Of a DNA stretch of 64,000 nt, positions 46,630 through 55,934 are shown piece after piece. Position numbers and translations under genes: made by a program. The notes beneath the pieces were generated by a model. That model was not told where the DNA came from. It saw only the letters and a program-made list of their open reading frames with translations, and did not search any database. Position 1 is the first letter of the stretch; every line of letters begins with the position of its first letter. Source of the DNA: Candidatus Latescibacterota bacterium (GTDB lineage: Bacteria > Latescibacterota > UBA2968 > UBA8231); NCBI GenBank assembly GCA_965203175.1, contig OZ241867.1, positions 6,368,001 through 6,432,000 on the forward strand, written 5' to 3'.

Positions 46630-46955
46630 TGAGAAAAATGAGAAAATACCACGATTACCTGATGGAAGAACTATCTGACCGTGAGAAGGCCATCTCCTAC
46701 CTTCAAACGGCATTGGAAGAATACCGAATAGACGGGCACAGTATAGCTCTTTATCTCGCATTGAATCAGGCTGTTGAAGCACAGGGCGGCGTTCAAGAAT
46801 TCGCGCTGAGAACCCACAGCGATCCACAGGCCGTTTCGGATGCCTTGTTGAGCAAGAATGAGACGCAGATTACTAGAGTAATAGCAAGACTGTCAGAGGA
46901 GGATTGCGAGAGCAGCGATTCGGAAATTCCGAAGTGTTCAAAGGGAAGGTCGTAG
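46629..46955 (+). CDS. Putative addiction-module antidote protein (HI1420-like)
   Basis: YHDYLMEELSD...YLQTALEE...ALNQAVEAQGGV; divergent C-terminus. Confidence 0.7.
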   Translation: MRKMRKYHDYLMEELSDREKAISYLQTALEEYRIDGHSIALYLALNQAVEAQGGVQEFALRTHSDPQAVSDALLSKNETQITRVIARLSEEDCESSDSEIPKCSKGRS

Positions 46956-47380
46956 AGTGACTTTGAGTAGCAAAACGGCGAAAAATGAGACGTTGCCGAA
47001 AGGGTGGCGAAGAGTGAAATTGGGGGAATTGTGTGAAAAAACCTTGGGAGGAGGCACTCCTTCAACTGCAAATACTGACTATTGGAAAGGCCATATTCCA
47101 TGGATGACTAGTGCTGATATTGTGAATGCAAAAACTATAAAACCGAGAAAATATATTACTGATAAGGCGATGGCTAATTCAGCTACAAATCTGATTCCAA
47201 AAAATAATATTATAGTCGTAACGCGAGTTGGACTAGGTAAGGCCGTCAAAAATGAAATGGATATTTGTATCAGCCAAGATTCTCAGGGTTTAATATTGAA
47301 GCAATCTGTCATACCAGACTTTTTGATTCATTCACTAATTGAAAAAATAAAAGTTTTCAAATTGACAAGCCAAGGTTCTA

Positions 47381-48610
47381 GGTCGTAGCTTGTGATTATC
47401 TCAGTCCAACCGGACAAAGTCGCATGAGTTCCAGAGAGGAATAGAGATGATCGGCGATGCCGGCGGCCATCGCCGGACTCCTGTGTTGCCATCGGCCTTC
47501 TTGCGTCGGCTGTCGCAAGGACCGATGCGGATGATGAAAATTGTAGCGCACCGCACCAATCCAACTGAGGGCATCATGCCGATCCGTCCGACGCGAAAAG
47601 TGCAGGGTTTTGCGCCCCTTTCGTGCGTTGCGCATCCGATCGGTCAGGTTGAACCGCTCAATGGCGCTGGTGTTGGCTTTCGTCCAGCCCAAATCGGCTA
47701 CGACTTGGGCCAATTTGCCCTTGCCAAAGATCGGTCGGACTTCCATCTGTTGGATCCGCCCCCCTTGCCGATGTTTGACAATCTGGGCATACACCAGCGC
47801 TTGGGGGATCCGCACCACCGGGGCCGGGGGTCGGCCGCGGGGGCCTCGACGCGGCACGGGATAGGCCCGACCAAAGGTAGCTACAATCGCTTCGCGATAG
47901 GTCGGTTCGCCATCGGTAAACAGCGCCGGCAGCCCCGCCTTGGCAGCCAGCCGCTCGGCCGCGTCGGCCACCACTTGGTGAATCGTGCGGGTCGTACGGC
48001 GTCCAGGCACCAGCGATACCAGCAGTTTGCTCTGCGGATCCAAGCTGTTGGCATCCCAATAATCCCCCCGTTCACTCGGATCGTCCATCGGCGTCATGTG
48101 CCGTTGTTTTTTGGCCACATACGACCATTTCTCATCAAACTGGAGGGCCGCTGGATGCACGTTACGAACCAGCCGATCATGCAGTTGATAGCTGATCCGG
48201 CCCCCCACGCGCAGCAGACGACCAACCGCATCCTTGGATACCCCCACCAAGCGCGCCGTGGCATTCAAGCCACAGGCACTATCCAGATGCTCCATCACCG
48301 ACACGGCTTGCGCCTCGCTGATCTTGCAGTTAAACAACGCCGTGCCTTTGCGCTCGCTAAATTCCTCGCCGCAGCACCGACAGCGCAGATAGCGAATCCG
48401 ATCCGCCCCATAGATCTTGCGCACCCGCAGGTTGGCTTGGCCGCGTTGGCCGTAGGTCTTGCATTGGGTATTGAGACAGCACAAATTCTCCAACGCTGGT
48501 CTTGGCTCTTGCATCTTTATCCCTCCTTGCTTGGCGGTTTGGAGAGATAAATAAAGAGCACAAGGCCAGCACTAGACCTAACTGGTCTGAGATAATCTCA
48601 CGTTACGACC
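47381..48610 (-). mobile_element. IS1-family insertion sequence, 1230 bp
   Basis: 28-bp imperfect terminal inverted repeats GGTCGTA..GATTATCTCAG (47381-47408 and 48583-48610); 8-bp target duplication AGGTTCTA (47373-47380 and 48611-48618). Confidence 0.92.
47396..48514 (-). CDS. IS1-family DDE transposase (single ORF)
   Basis: Zinc ribbon (CLNTQC..CRCC), HTH, FDEKW, TDG and SAIERFN; AAGGAGG RBS. Confidence 0.88.
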   Translation of the reverse strand: MQEPRPALENLCCLNTQCKTYGQRGQANLRVRKIYGADRIRYLRCRCCGEEFSERKGTALFNCKISEAQAVSVMEHLDSACGLNATARLVGVSKDAVGRLLRVGGRISYQLHDRLVRNVHPAALQFDEKWSYVAKKQRHMTPMDDPSERGDYWDANSLDPQSKLLVSLVPGRRTTRTIHQVVADAAERLAAKAGLPALFTDGEPTYREAIVATFGRAYPVPRRGPRGRPPAPVVRIPQALVYAQIVKHRQGGRIQQMEVRPIFGKGKLAQVVADLGWTKANTSAIERFNLTDRMRNARKGRKTLHFSRRTDRHDALSWIGAVRYNFHHPHRSLRQPTQEGRWQHRSPAMAAGIADHLYSSLELMRLCPVGLR

Positions 48611-49442
48611 AGGTTCTACTATTCAGGGGATAACAAAAAAACGACTCCTTGATATTGAAATCCCCCTACCACCGCTCTATCAGCAAAAAGCCATCGCCTC
48701 CCTATTGGAAACATGGGACACGGCGATTGAGAAAACCGAAGCACTGATCGCGGCGAAGGAGAAGCAATTTAAGTGGTTGCTGAAAACTCTTATCAGCGAT
48801 CAGCAAGATAATCCTGAATGGCGAAAAGTGAAGTTGGGTGAGTTTGGAACCTTCTACAAAGGGAAAGGAATCACAAAAGCCGACTTGGTTGAGGACGGCA
48901 TCCCGTGCCTACGTTACGCCGAAATCTACACGAAATACGATGGTATAGTTAATGAGTTGACCTCCTCCGTCAGTCCAGATGCAGCTACTAAGGCTGCTCC
49001 GATTCAGTCTGGCGACATCATCTTCGCTGCTTCCGGGGAAACGACTGCCGAAATCGGGAAGACCATCGCCTTCGTTGGCCACTACCCGGCTGTTGCTGGC
49101 GGTGATACCGTAATTTTTCGTGATCACGGGCAGGAACCAGCCTATTTGGCATACGTGCTCAATTCCTCAGATGCAGCAAGGCAAAAGGCCCGTCTCGGCA
49201 AAGGTCAATCTGTCGTCCATATTCATGTCCCGGAGCTTTTTCAGGTTGAGGTGTCTCTTCCTCCTCTACATGAACAACGCAAAATCGTCAAAATTTTGGC
49301 CACTTGGAACACGGCGATTGAGAAAACCAAAGCCCTATCCGAGCAATACCACACTCAAAAACGCGGATTGATGCAGAAGTTGCTGACGGGGAAATGGAAG
49401 ATCCAAATATGACTGACTTATTTTTCATAAGGAGATTGAAAC

Positions 49443-50627
49443 ATGGTTTATGAGATTGATAAAGATAAAGATGGTATGCCGACGTGTGGTTTTGCTGCTG
49501 AATCTGCAAGAGCAGGTAGCAAGGTTAAAATGATTTATAGGGATTTTATAACTCCGTTGAATCGACCTCTGTTTTATGAAACACTTGAAAGTTTAGGAAG
49601 TAGTTATTTACCAGACGGTATGTCACCTGGATGTATTGAAACTATGATTGGAGTTGTTAGAAGAGATGGAAGTGCAACTGTTTATATAAATGAAGATATT
49701 GAAATCACAATGAAAATGCGGGCGGCTAATTCAATAAAGAAAGGTCAAGGAGTTAGAAAATCTGATATTGCAGATATAAAAGAATTGAGTACAAACATTG
49801 TAATCCCTGACGATTGTGGATTCTTTTTTATTTTTCATGTTGGATGGATGCGCTGTTGTTATTACGATTTTAGTACAAGCATTCCTGATATTGTTTTGGA
49901 AAAAAGTAAACTACCTGAATCTATACGTGTGAGAAGTTACCACATCCCTGAAATACTGGGCAGATGTTACCGATCAGTTTTCTTTCGCGAACGTCTTTAT
50001 CATACAGATCACGAGTGGGATCTGATGTTTAAAAACGGATGGTTTCCCTTTTTTGGATTAAATGAAGATCATTTGAAAAAACTTAAAAATTTTTGGCAGC
50101 AAGAATGGGAAACAGACGACATTGTATCCGATGTAGCCAAAGATTTGAAAAGGAGATTGCCAAAACTGCTTGAAAGCTGGGAAGAATATGAGGGAATAGC
50201 TGAATATCATTCAGAAGACTTGAAAGATGCAGTTGAAGATTTTATGAGAGATGATCATAGAAGGTGTGGGCGAAATTTATATATAAAAATCGAAGGCATC
50301 ATGCGTTCTGACTACATGACTTCAAAGTATCGTGAAACCATCTTACAAGAAGAAGAAATTGAATCTCCGAATACGGATAAATTGAGGAAGTTTGTGACGA
50401 CTATTGACGACGTAAGCGGCTTATTATTACCAGACAGATTCAAAGAGTATTTGAAGAAAGTTTATTTTTCTCAAACTAATATCAGAAATGAAAACGCTAG
50501 ACCTGCAAGAAATTCTACTGCACATGGGTATGCGGGGAACTGGACAGAAGAAACATCGGTTGTTGCCTTTTTGATTGTTGAACAGATTATGCGATATATT
50601 ATGGAAAGACAATGGGAATTAGAATAA
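49443..50627 (+). CDS. AT-rich hypothetical protein with C-terminal HEPN-like RxxxxH motif
   Basis: AGGAG RBS; 'KIEGIMR' followed by 'RNSTAHG'; markedly AT-rich DNA. Confidence 0.65.
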   Translation: MVYEIDKDKDGMPTCGFAAESARAGSKVKMIYRDFITPLNRPLFYETLESLGSSYLPDGMSPGCIETMIGVVRRDGSATVYINEDIEITMKMRAANSIKKGQGVRKSDIADIKELSTNIVIPDDCGFFFIFHVGWMRCCYYDFSTSIPDIVLEKSKLPESIRVRSYHIPEILGRCYRSVFFRERLYHTDHEWDLMFKNGWFPFFGLNEDHLKKLKNFWQQEWETDDIVSDVAKDLKRRLPKLLESWEEYEGIAEYHSEDLKDAVEDFMRDDHRRCGRNLYIKIEGIMRSDYMTSKYRETILQEEEIESPNTDKLRKFVTTIDDVSGLLLPDRFKEYLKKVYFSQTNIRNENARPARNSTAHGYAGNWTEETSVVAFLIVEQIMRYIMERQWELE

Positions 50628-50674
50628 TCTCTGTCCACCTGCGAATAAATTCTCAATACAGAAGAGCTTTACAA

Positions 50675-50717
50675 TTTACTCAATATACTGAGTAAAATTA
50701 CTCAAAGAATTGAGCAA
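50675..50717. promoter_or_regulatory. Two tandem inverted repeats (operator-like) at the start of the AAA gene
   Basis: TTTACTCA-N6-TGAGTAAA and TTACTCA-N6-TGAGCAA with 22-bp periodicity. Confidence 0.65.
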
Positions 50718-51924
50718 AATGGCCTTCATCAGACCCCAAGCGTCCGAGCTAGCCCGGCGCTTAAAAGAACCCCGACGGTTCATTCAAGTCGTCTCGGGAG
50801 CAAGGCAGGTCGGCAAAACAACCCTTGCCCTGCAAGTTGCCGAGCGGAGCAAACTACCCTATCACGTTGCCAGTGCCGACGAGCCAACCCTGCGCGGTGC
50901 CGGGTGGATTGAATCGCAATGGGAAGAGGCCCGGCTACTGGCCGACAGCGCCAAAAGAAAAGGGGCCTTGCTCGTATTGGATGAGGTACACAAAGTTCCG
51001 CATTGGGCTGAAACGGTCAAGCATCTCTGGGATGAAGACACCCGCAAGAAAACATTGGTAAAAACCGTATTGCTCGGCTCCGCCCCGCTCCTAATCGGCA
51101 GGGGACTGACTGAAAGCCTTGCCGGCCGCTTTGAAATCCTGCACATGCCGCACTGGAGCTTTCCCGAGATGCGGACGGCCTTCGGATGGGATCTGCAACA
51201 ATATCTCTTTTACGGTGCCTATCCGGGTGCCGCGCCTTTGATAAAACAGCCGTTCCGCTGGTCGCGCTATATCCTAGACTCGCTCATCGAAACGACCGTA
51301 GCCCGCGACGTGCTCCTGCTCTCCCGCGTTGACAAACCGGCATTGCTCCGGCGGCTGTTTGAACTAGGCTGCGCCTATTCGGGGCAAATCCTTTCCTACA
51401 CAAAAATGACGGGCCAGCTTCAGGATGCAGGAAATACGACGACGCTTGCCCACTACCTCGACCTGCTCGCGGGTGCTGGCGTGCTCACCGGCTTGCCTAA
51501 ATACGCCGGCGACACCGCGCGGCGGCAGAGATCAAGTCCCAAGTTTCAAGTCTTCAACACTGCGCTGCTAACCGCTCAGTCCGGCATGACTCAGGCGGAG
51601 GCATTTGCCGACCGCGAGTTTTGGGGCCGCTTAACCGAATCCGCAGTAGGCGCACACCTGCTCAACGCATCCGTCGGCGGAGAGTGTGAACTCTTTTATT
51701 GGCGGGAGCGCAACCGCGAAGTGGATTTTGTCGTGAAAAGAGGAAGGAAACTGCTGGCCATAGAAGTAAAAAGCGGACGCACCACCATTTCACTTCCCGG
51801 CATGGAAGCGTTCGCCAACTCCTTCAAACCAGACCGCCTGCTAATAGTCGGCACCGGCGGAATCTCTCTCGAACGATTTCTCTCAAAGCCCGTAGGATAT
51901 TGGATAGATCAGTCAGACCAATAA
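50710..51924 (+). CDS. AAA_14 ATPase with DUF4143 / PD-(D/E)XK C-terminus (COG1373)
   Basis: GARQVGKT, LVLDEVH, ESLAGR and EVDFV...IEVK; alternative ATG start at 50719. Confidence 0.88.
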   Translation: MSKMAFIRPQASELARRLKEPRRFIQVVSGARQVGKTTLALQVAERSKLPYHVASADEPTLRGAGWIESQWEEARLLADSAKRKGALLVLDEVHKVPHWAETVKHLWDEDTRKKTLVKTVLLGSAPLLIGRGLTESLAGRFEILHMPHWSFPEMRTAFGWDLQQYLFYGAYPGAAPLIKQPFRWSRYILDSLIETTVARDVLLLSRVDKPALLRRLFELGCAYSGQILSYTKMTGQLQDAGNTTTLAHYLDLLAGAGVLTGLPKYAGDTARRQRSSPKFQVFNTALLTAQSGMTQAEAFADREFWGRLTESAVGAHLLNASVGGECELFYWRERNREVDFVVKRGRKLLAIEVKSGRTTISLPGMEAFANSFKPDRLLIVGTGGISLERFLSKPVGYWIDQSDQ

Positions 51925-51973
51925 CCCATCTGTCCCATCTGCGTCCATCTGCGGATAAAATAGGAACAAAACC

Positions 51974-54900
51974 ATGCCCACCTTCCTCTTCAGCGAAAAA
52001 CACCTCTCCCAGATCCCCGCTCTACAACAACTAATCAACCTAGGCTACCAATATCTCCCCCCCACCCAAGCAATGACTGAGCGCGGCAGTCGCGCCTCCA
52101 ACGTCCTACTAGAAAACATCCTGCGCGACCAACTCAAAAAAACAAACCGCATCCGCTACAAAGGCGACGAATACCTATTCAGCGAGGAGAACATCCAGTC
52201 CGCCATCCAGAAACTCAAAACCGTCCAATACGACGGCCTGCAAAAAACAAACGAAGCAATCTACGACCTAATAACTCTTGGCACGGCACTTGAACAAACC
52301 ATCGAAGGCGATTCCAAAAGTTTCACCCTGAACTACATCGACTGGAAAAACCCCGCCAACAACGCATTCCACGCCGTAGCAGAATTCTCCGTTGAACGCG
52401 CCCGCAGCACAGAGACCGCAAGACCCGACATCGTCCTGTTCGTAAACGGCATCCCCCTTGTCGTGATCGAGTGCAAGTCCCCCGATACAGACGTAGAACA
52501 AGCGGTCTCTCAAATGATCCGCAACCAAGGAGACGAATACATCCCACGACTTTTCATATACGCACAATTTCTACTGGCCGTGAACAAAAACGAGGCCAAA
52601 TACGCAACAGTGGGCACTTCAAAAGAGTTCTGGAGCGTTTGGGACGAGTTGGAGGATGCTGAGCGCGACGTAAACGCCTGCATCAATAAAGCGCTTTCCA
52701 ATGACGACAAAGATGCCCTATTCTCCGGTGAATTCGCCTCGGCGCGGTCGCACTTTGATGCACTTGAGCGCAGCGGCGACCGACTGGTCACGGAACAGGA
52801 TCGCTGTCTTTACAGCTTGTGCCGACCCGACCGCCTGTTGGAGCTAATCTTCGGTTTTATAGTCTTTGAATCTGGCAGCAAAAAAATTGCCCGCTACCAG
52901 CAGTTCTTTCTGGTTCGTACCGCCATAAAGCGCATCAAGCAAAAAGACAACGAAGGTCGCCGCATGGGCGGTATCGTCTGGCACACGCAGGGTTCCGGGA
53001 AGTCCATCACTATGGTCATGCTGGTCCGCGCCTTGTCTTTAGACCCAGGGCTGGCCAGTCCGCGCATGATTCTGGTTACAGACCGCAAAGACTTGGACAA
53101 ACAACTGGGCAATACCTTCGCGGCCTGCAATCTGGACAAGGAGCGGGCAACATCCGGGCGCAATCTAATCAGACACATCAAAAACAGAGTCGGCATCATC
53201 ACCACGCTGATCAATAAGTTCGACAAGGCGCTTTCCGCTGAGAAATATGTAGATGATTCCGCCGATATTATCGTCCTCGTTGACGAAAGCCACCGCACCA
53301 ACTTCGGCTCCCTAGCAGCACGCATGAGACAAATGCTGCCCAATGCCTGCTTTATCGGCTTCACGGGAACGCCGCTGCTCAAACAAGAAAAGAACAGCTT
53401 TGCCCGATTCGGTAGTTTGATTGAACCCCATTATTCCGTCCGGCGAGCAATCGCGGACAAGGCGGTAGTCCCCTTGCTGTACGAAGGACGGCACGTGGAG
53501 ATGGAACAGAATCAGGCCGCCATTGACCTCTGGTTCGCTCGCCACACCGAAGACTTGGCAGACGAACAAAAAGCAGACCTAAAGCGAAAATACGCACGCG
53601 CCCGAGAGTTGAGTAAGACCGATCAAGTCGTCTATATGTGCGCGTTTGATATTAGCAGACACTTCCAGACCTCTTGGCAGAATACGGGATTTAAGGCCCA
53701 GCTTGTAGCGGACAGCAAGGCGACCGCGCTCAAGTATCGCGAATCGCTCAATGAAATAGGCGCAGTCTCATCAGAGGTCGTCATCTCCCCGCCGGATACG
53801 CGGGAGGGACATGAGGAAGTAGGCGCGGAGACGACAAATGAGGTGAACAAGTTCTGGGAAAAAATGATGGCCCGTTACGGCTCTGAAGATCAATACACCA
53901 AGCAAATCATCGCCCAGTTTAAGAACTCGGACAAACCGGAAGTTCTAATCGTCGTGGACAAACTCATCACGGGTTTTGATGCGCCTCGCAATACCGTGCT
54001 CTATCTGTGCCGCAAATTGCGCGAACACACGCTGCTCCAGGCGATTGCCCGCGTAAACCGCCTGCACGAGGGCAAGGAATTCGGCTATATCATCGACTAT
54101 GCCAATGTGTTGGGTGAACTGGACAAGGCGCTACACACGTATGACGCGCTCTCGGGCTTTGACGGCGACGACCTCGCGGATTTCCTGACCTCCATCCACG
54201 AAGAAGTGTCCAAGCTGCCGCAGCGCTACTCAGACCTGTGGGGCATCTTTAAGGAAATCAAAAACTCTCGCGATGAAGAACGCTACGAAGTGCTACTATC
54301 TGACGACGCAGTGCGGAATGAGTTTTACGAACGCCTCACTGAATACAGCAAGACCCTTGCCATCGCCCTTTCAGCCGAGCAGTTCATCATGCAAAGCGAC
54401 GAGGCGCAACTAAATCGCTACAAAAACGATCTCAAGCGTTTCCAGAAACTGAGATCAGCAGTCCAACTGCGCTACGCCGAAACCATTGATTACCGCGACT
54501 ACGAACCCCGGATTAAAAAACTGCTGAGCACGCATATTCAGGCCAACGAGGTCACTCGCTTAAACGATCCCGTGAATATGTTTGACGATAAGACCTTCTC
54601 TATGATCAAAGAGCAGCGCGGCGTCTATCAAGCCAAGACTACGGCGGCAAGAGCCGATATTATCGCCCATTCGGCCAAGCGCACAATCACTGAAAACATG
54701 GGCAAAGACCCAGCTTTCTACGAGAAATTCTCAAAGCTCATTCAAGACGCCATTGACGGTTTCAAGAATCAGCGGATATCAGACCTTGAGTATTTGCAAA
54801 AAGTGAGTGCCATCCGCGATGAGGTCGCCAACACCCAACGCGACGATGTCCCCGACTCCATCCGCGATAACGAGGAGGCCAGCGCGTATTTTGGGGCGAT

Positions 54901-55165
54901 CAAACCTTGTCTGACTGAGGTGGGTGAAAACCAAGTTGACTACGTCGCCGCAGAAACGGCGCTTGCCGTCAAAGGCGCGCTAGAAAAAAATTGGAAGGTG
55001 GACTTTTGGAACGATAGCGACGCACAAAACGCCGCAAAAAACGAGATGGATGATTTCTTTTACGACGTGGTAAAAGACGTGCATGGCATTGATTTATCGT
55101 CGGCACAGATGGACGAAATGATCAGCCAAACAATGAAGATCGCTAAATCCTGGAGACGCTCTTAA
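51974..55165 (+). CDS. hsdR: Type I restriction endonuclease subunit R
   Basis: RPDIVLFVNGIPL..IECK, WHTQGSGKS, DESHR, FTGTP, TGFDAP and QAIARVNR. Confidence 0.95.
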   Translation: MPTFLFSEKHLSQIPALQQLINLGYQYLPPTQAMTERGSRASNVLLENILRDQLKKTNRIRYKGDEYLFSEENIQSAIQKLKTVQYDGLQKTNEAIYDLITLGTALEQTIEGDSKSFTLNYIDWKNPANNAFHAVAEFSVERARSTETARPDIVLFVNGIPLVVIECKSPDTDVEQAVSQMIRNQGDEYIPRLFIYAQFLLAVNKNEAKYATVGTSKEFWSVWDELEDAERDVNACINKALSNDDKDALFSGEFASARSHFDALERSGDRLVTEQDRCLYSLCRPDRLLELIFGFIVFESGSKKIARYQQFFLVRTAIKRIKQKDNEGRRMGGIVWHTQGSGKSITMVMLVRALSLDPGLASPRMILVTDRKDLDKQLGNTFAACNLDKERATSGRNLIRHIKNRVGIITTLINKFDKALSAEKYVDDSADIIVLVDESHRTNFGSLAARMRQMLPNACFIGFTGTPLLKQEKNSFARFGSLIEPHYSVRRAIADKAVVPLLYEGRHVEMEQNQAAIDLWFARHTEDLADEQKADLKRKYARARELSKTDQVVYMCAFDISRHFQTSWQNTGFKAQLVADSKATALKYRESLNEIGAVSSEVVISPPDTREGHEEVGAETTNEVNKFWEKMMARYGSEDQYTKQIIAQFKNSDKPEVLIVVDKLITGFDAPRNTVLYLCRKLREHTLLQAIARVNRLHEGKEFGYIIDYANVLGELDKALHTYDALSGFDGDDLADFLTSIHEEVSKLPQRYSDLWGIFKEIKNSRDEERYEVLLSDDAVRNEFYERLTEYSKTLAIALSAEQFIMQSDEAQLNRYKNDLKRFQKLRSAVQLRYAETIDYRDYEPRIKKLLSTHIQANEVTRLNDPVNMFDDKTFSMIKEQRGVYQAKTTAARADIIAHSAKRTITENMGKDPAFYEKFSKLIQDAIDGFKNQRISDLEYLQKVSAIRDEVANTQRDDVPDSIRDNEEASAYFGAIKPCLTEVGENQVDYVAAETALAVKGALEKNWKVDFWNDSDAQNAAKNEMDDFFYDVVKDVHGIDLSSAQMDEMISQTMKIAKSWRRS

Positions 55166-55875
55166 TGCCAGAGGCGAACCGCACCCTCACCTATGCCGGC
55201 GAGTCCATTCCCTTTCACCTGAGCTACTCGAAAAGAAAGACGCTTGAGATCGCCGTTCACCCCGACGGCTCGGTAGTTGTAAAAGCCCCACTGGGAGAAG
55301 ATGAAACCTTTGTCGAAGATTTCATTAACAAGCGTGCGCGCTGGATAAAACGCCAGATTCGCTATTTCGCACAGCTTGGACCGCGCACCCCCGAGCGGCA
55401 GTTTGTCGGCGGCGAAAGCCATCTTTACCTCGGCAAACAGTATCGGCTGAAGATAAGGCCGTCTGACACAGACGAGGTTTTGTTAAAGCGCGACTTCTTC
55501 CACATACAAGCGGTTGACGACAAGCCAGAGCACATAGCGATGTTGCTTGAAGCATGGTACTGGAGCGAGGCGGAAGTTTATTTTGCTCAAGTATTTGCAG
55601 AATGCTGGCAGCTCTTTAAAAAAAAGGGCGTGGACAAGCCTGCACTTAAAATCCGCAAGATGAAAACGCTCTGGGGAAGTTTCAGCGTCAAACGCGGCAT
55701 AACATTGAATCTGGAACTTATAAAAGCACCCAGAGAATGTATTGAATACGTCGTTATCCACGAGCTATGCCACTTATTCCATCTCAATCACGGCCCGGAG
55801 TTTTACAACTTGCTTGAGCAATTTCTTCCCGACTGGATGAAACGAAAACATCGCTTGGAAACGGTACTGTCGTAG
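55165..55875 (+). CDS. M48/YgjP (DUF45) family zinc-dependent protein
   Basis: MKTLWGS, YVVIHELCH..HLNH; common companion gene downstream of hsdR. Confidence 0.88.
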   Translation: MPEANRTLTYAGESIPFHLSYSKRKTLEIAVHPDGSVVVKAPLGEDETFVEDFINKRARWIKRQIRYFAQLGPRTPERQFVGGESHLYLGKQYRLKIRPSDTDEVLLKRDFFHIQAVDDKPEHIAMLLEAWYWSEAEVYFAQVFAECWQLFKKKGVDKPALKIRKMKTLWGSFSVKRGITLNLELIKAPRECIEYVVIHELCHLFHLNHGPEFYNLLEQFLPDWMKRKHRLETVLS

Positions 55876-55934
55876 AGGTTCTAACAACCGTTCGCCGTCG
55901 ACCCAAGTTGTCCTATTTGTCGAACCGCTAATCC

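Larger units (their letters stand above)
46957..49412 (+). pseudogene. hsdS: Type I specificity subunit HsdS interrupted by an IS element
   Basis: 5' part LPKGWRRVKLGE..GGTPS; removing the IS and one target copy restores ...SQGSTIQGITKK..IPLPPLYQQKAIA and gives a 405-aa two-TRD protein ending KRGLMQKLLTG. Confidence 0.9.

Noticed and set aside
48705-49329. Direct repeat ACACGGCGATTGAGAAAACC as an inversion or shufflon site
   Set aside because: It corresponds to the normal duplicated conserved helices of HsdS; the copies are direct, not inverted, and no recombinase is present
51926-51954. CCATCTG repeated three times as a CRISPR or iteron array
   Set aside because: Too short, no spacers and no cas or rep gene; at most a REP-like remnant
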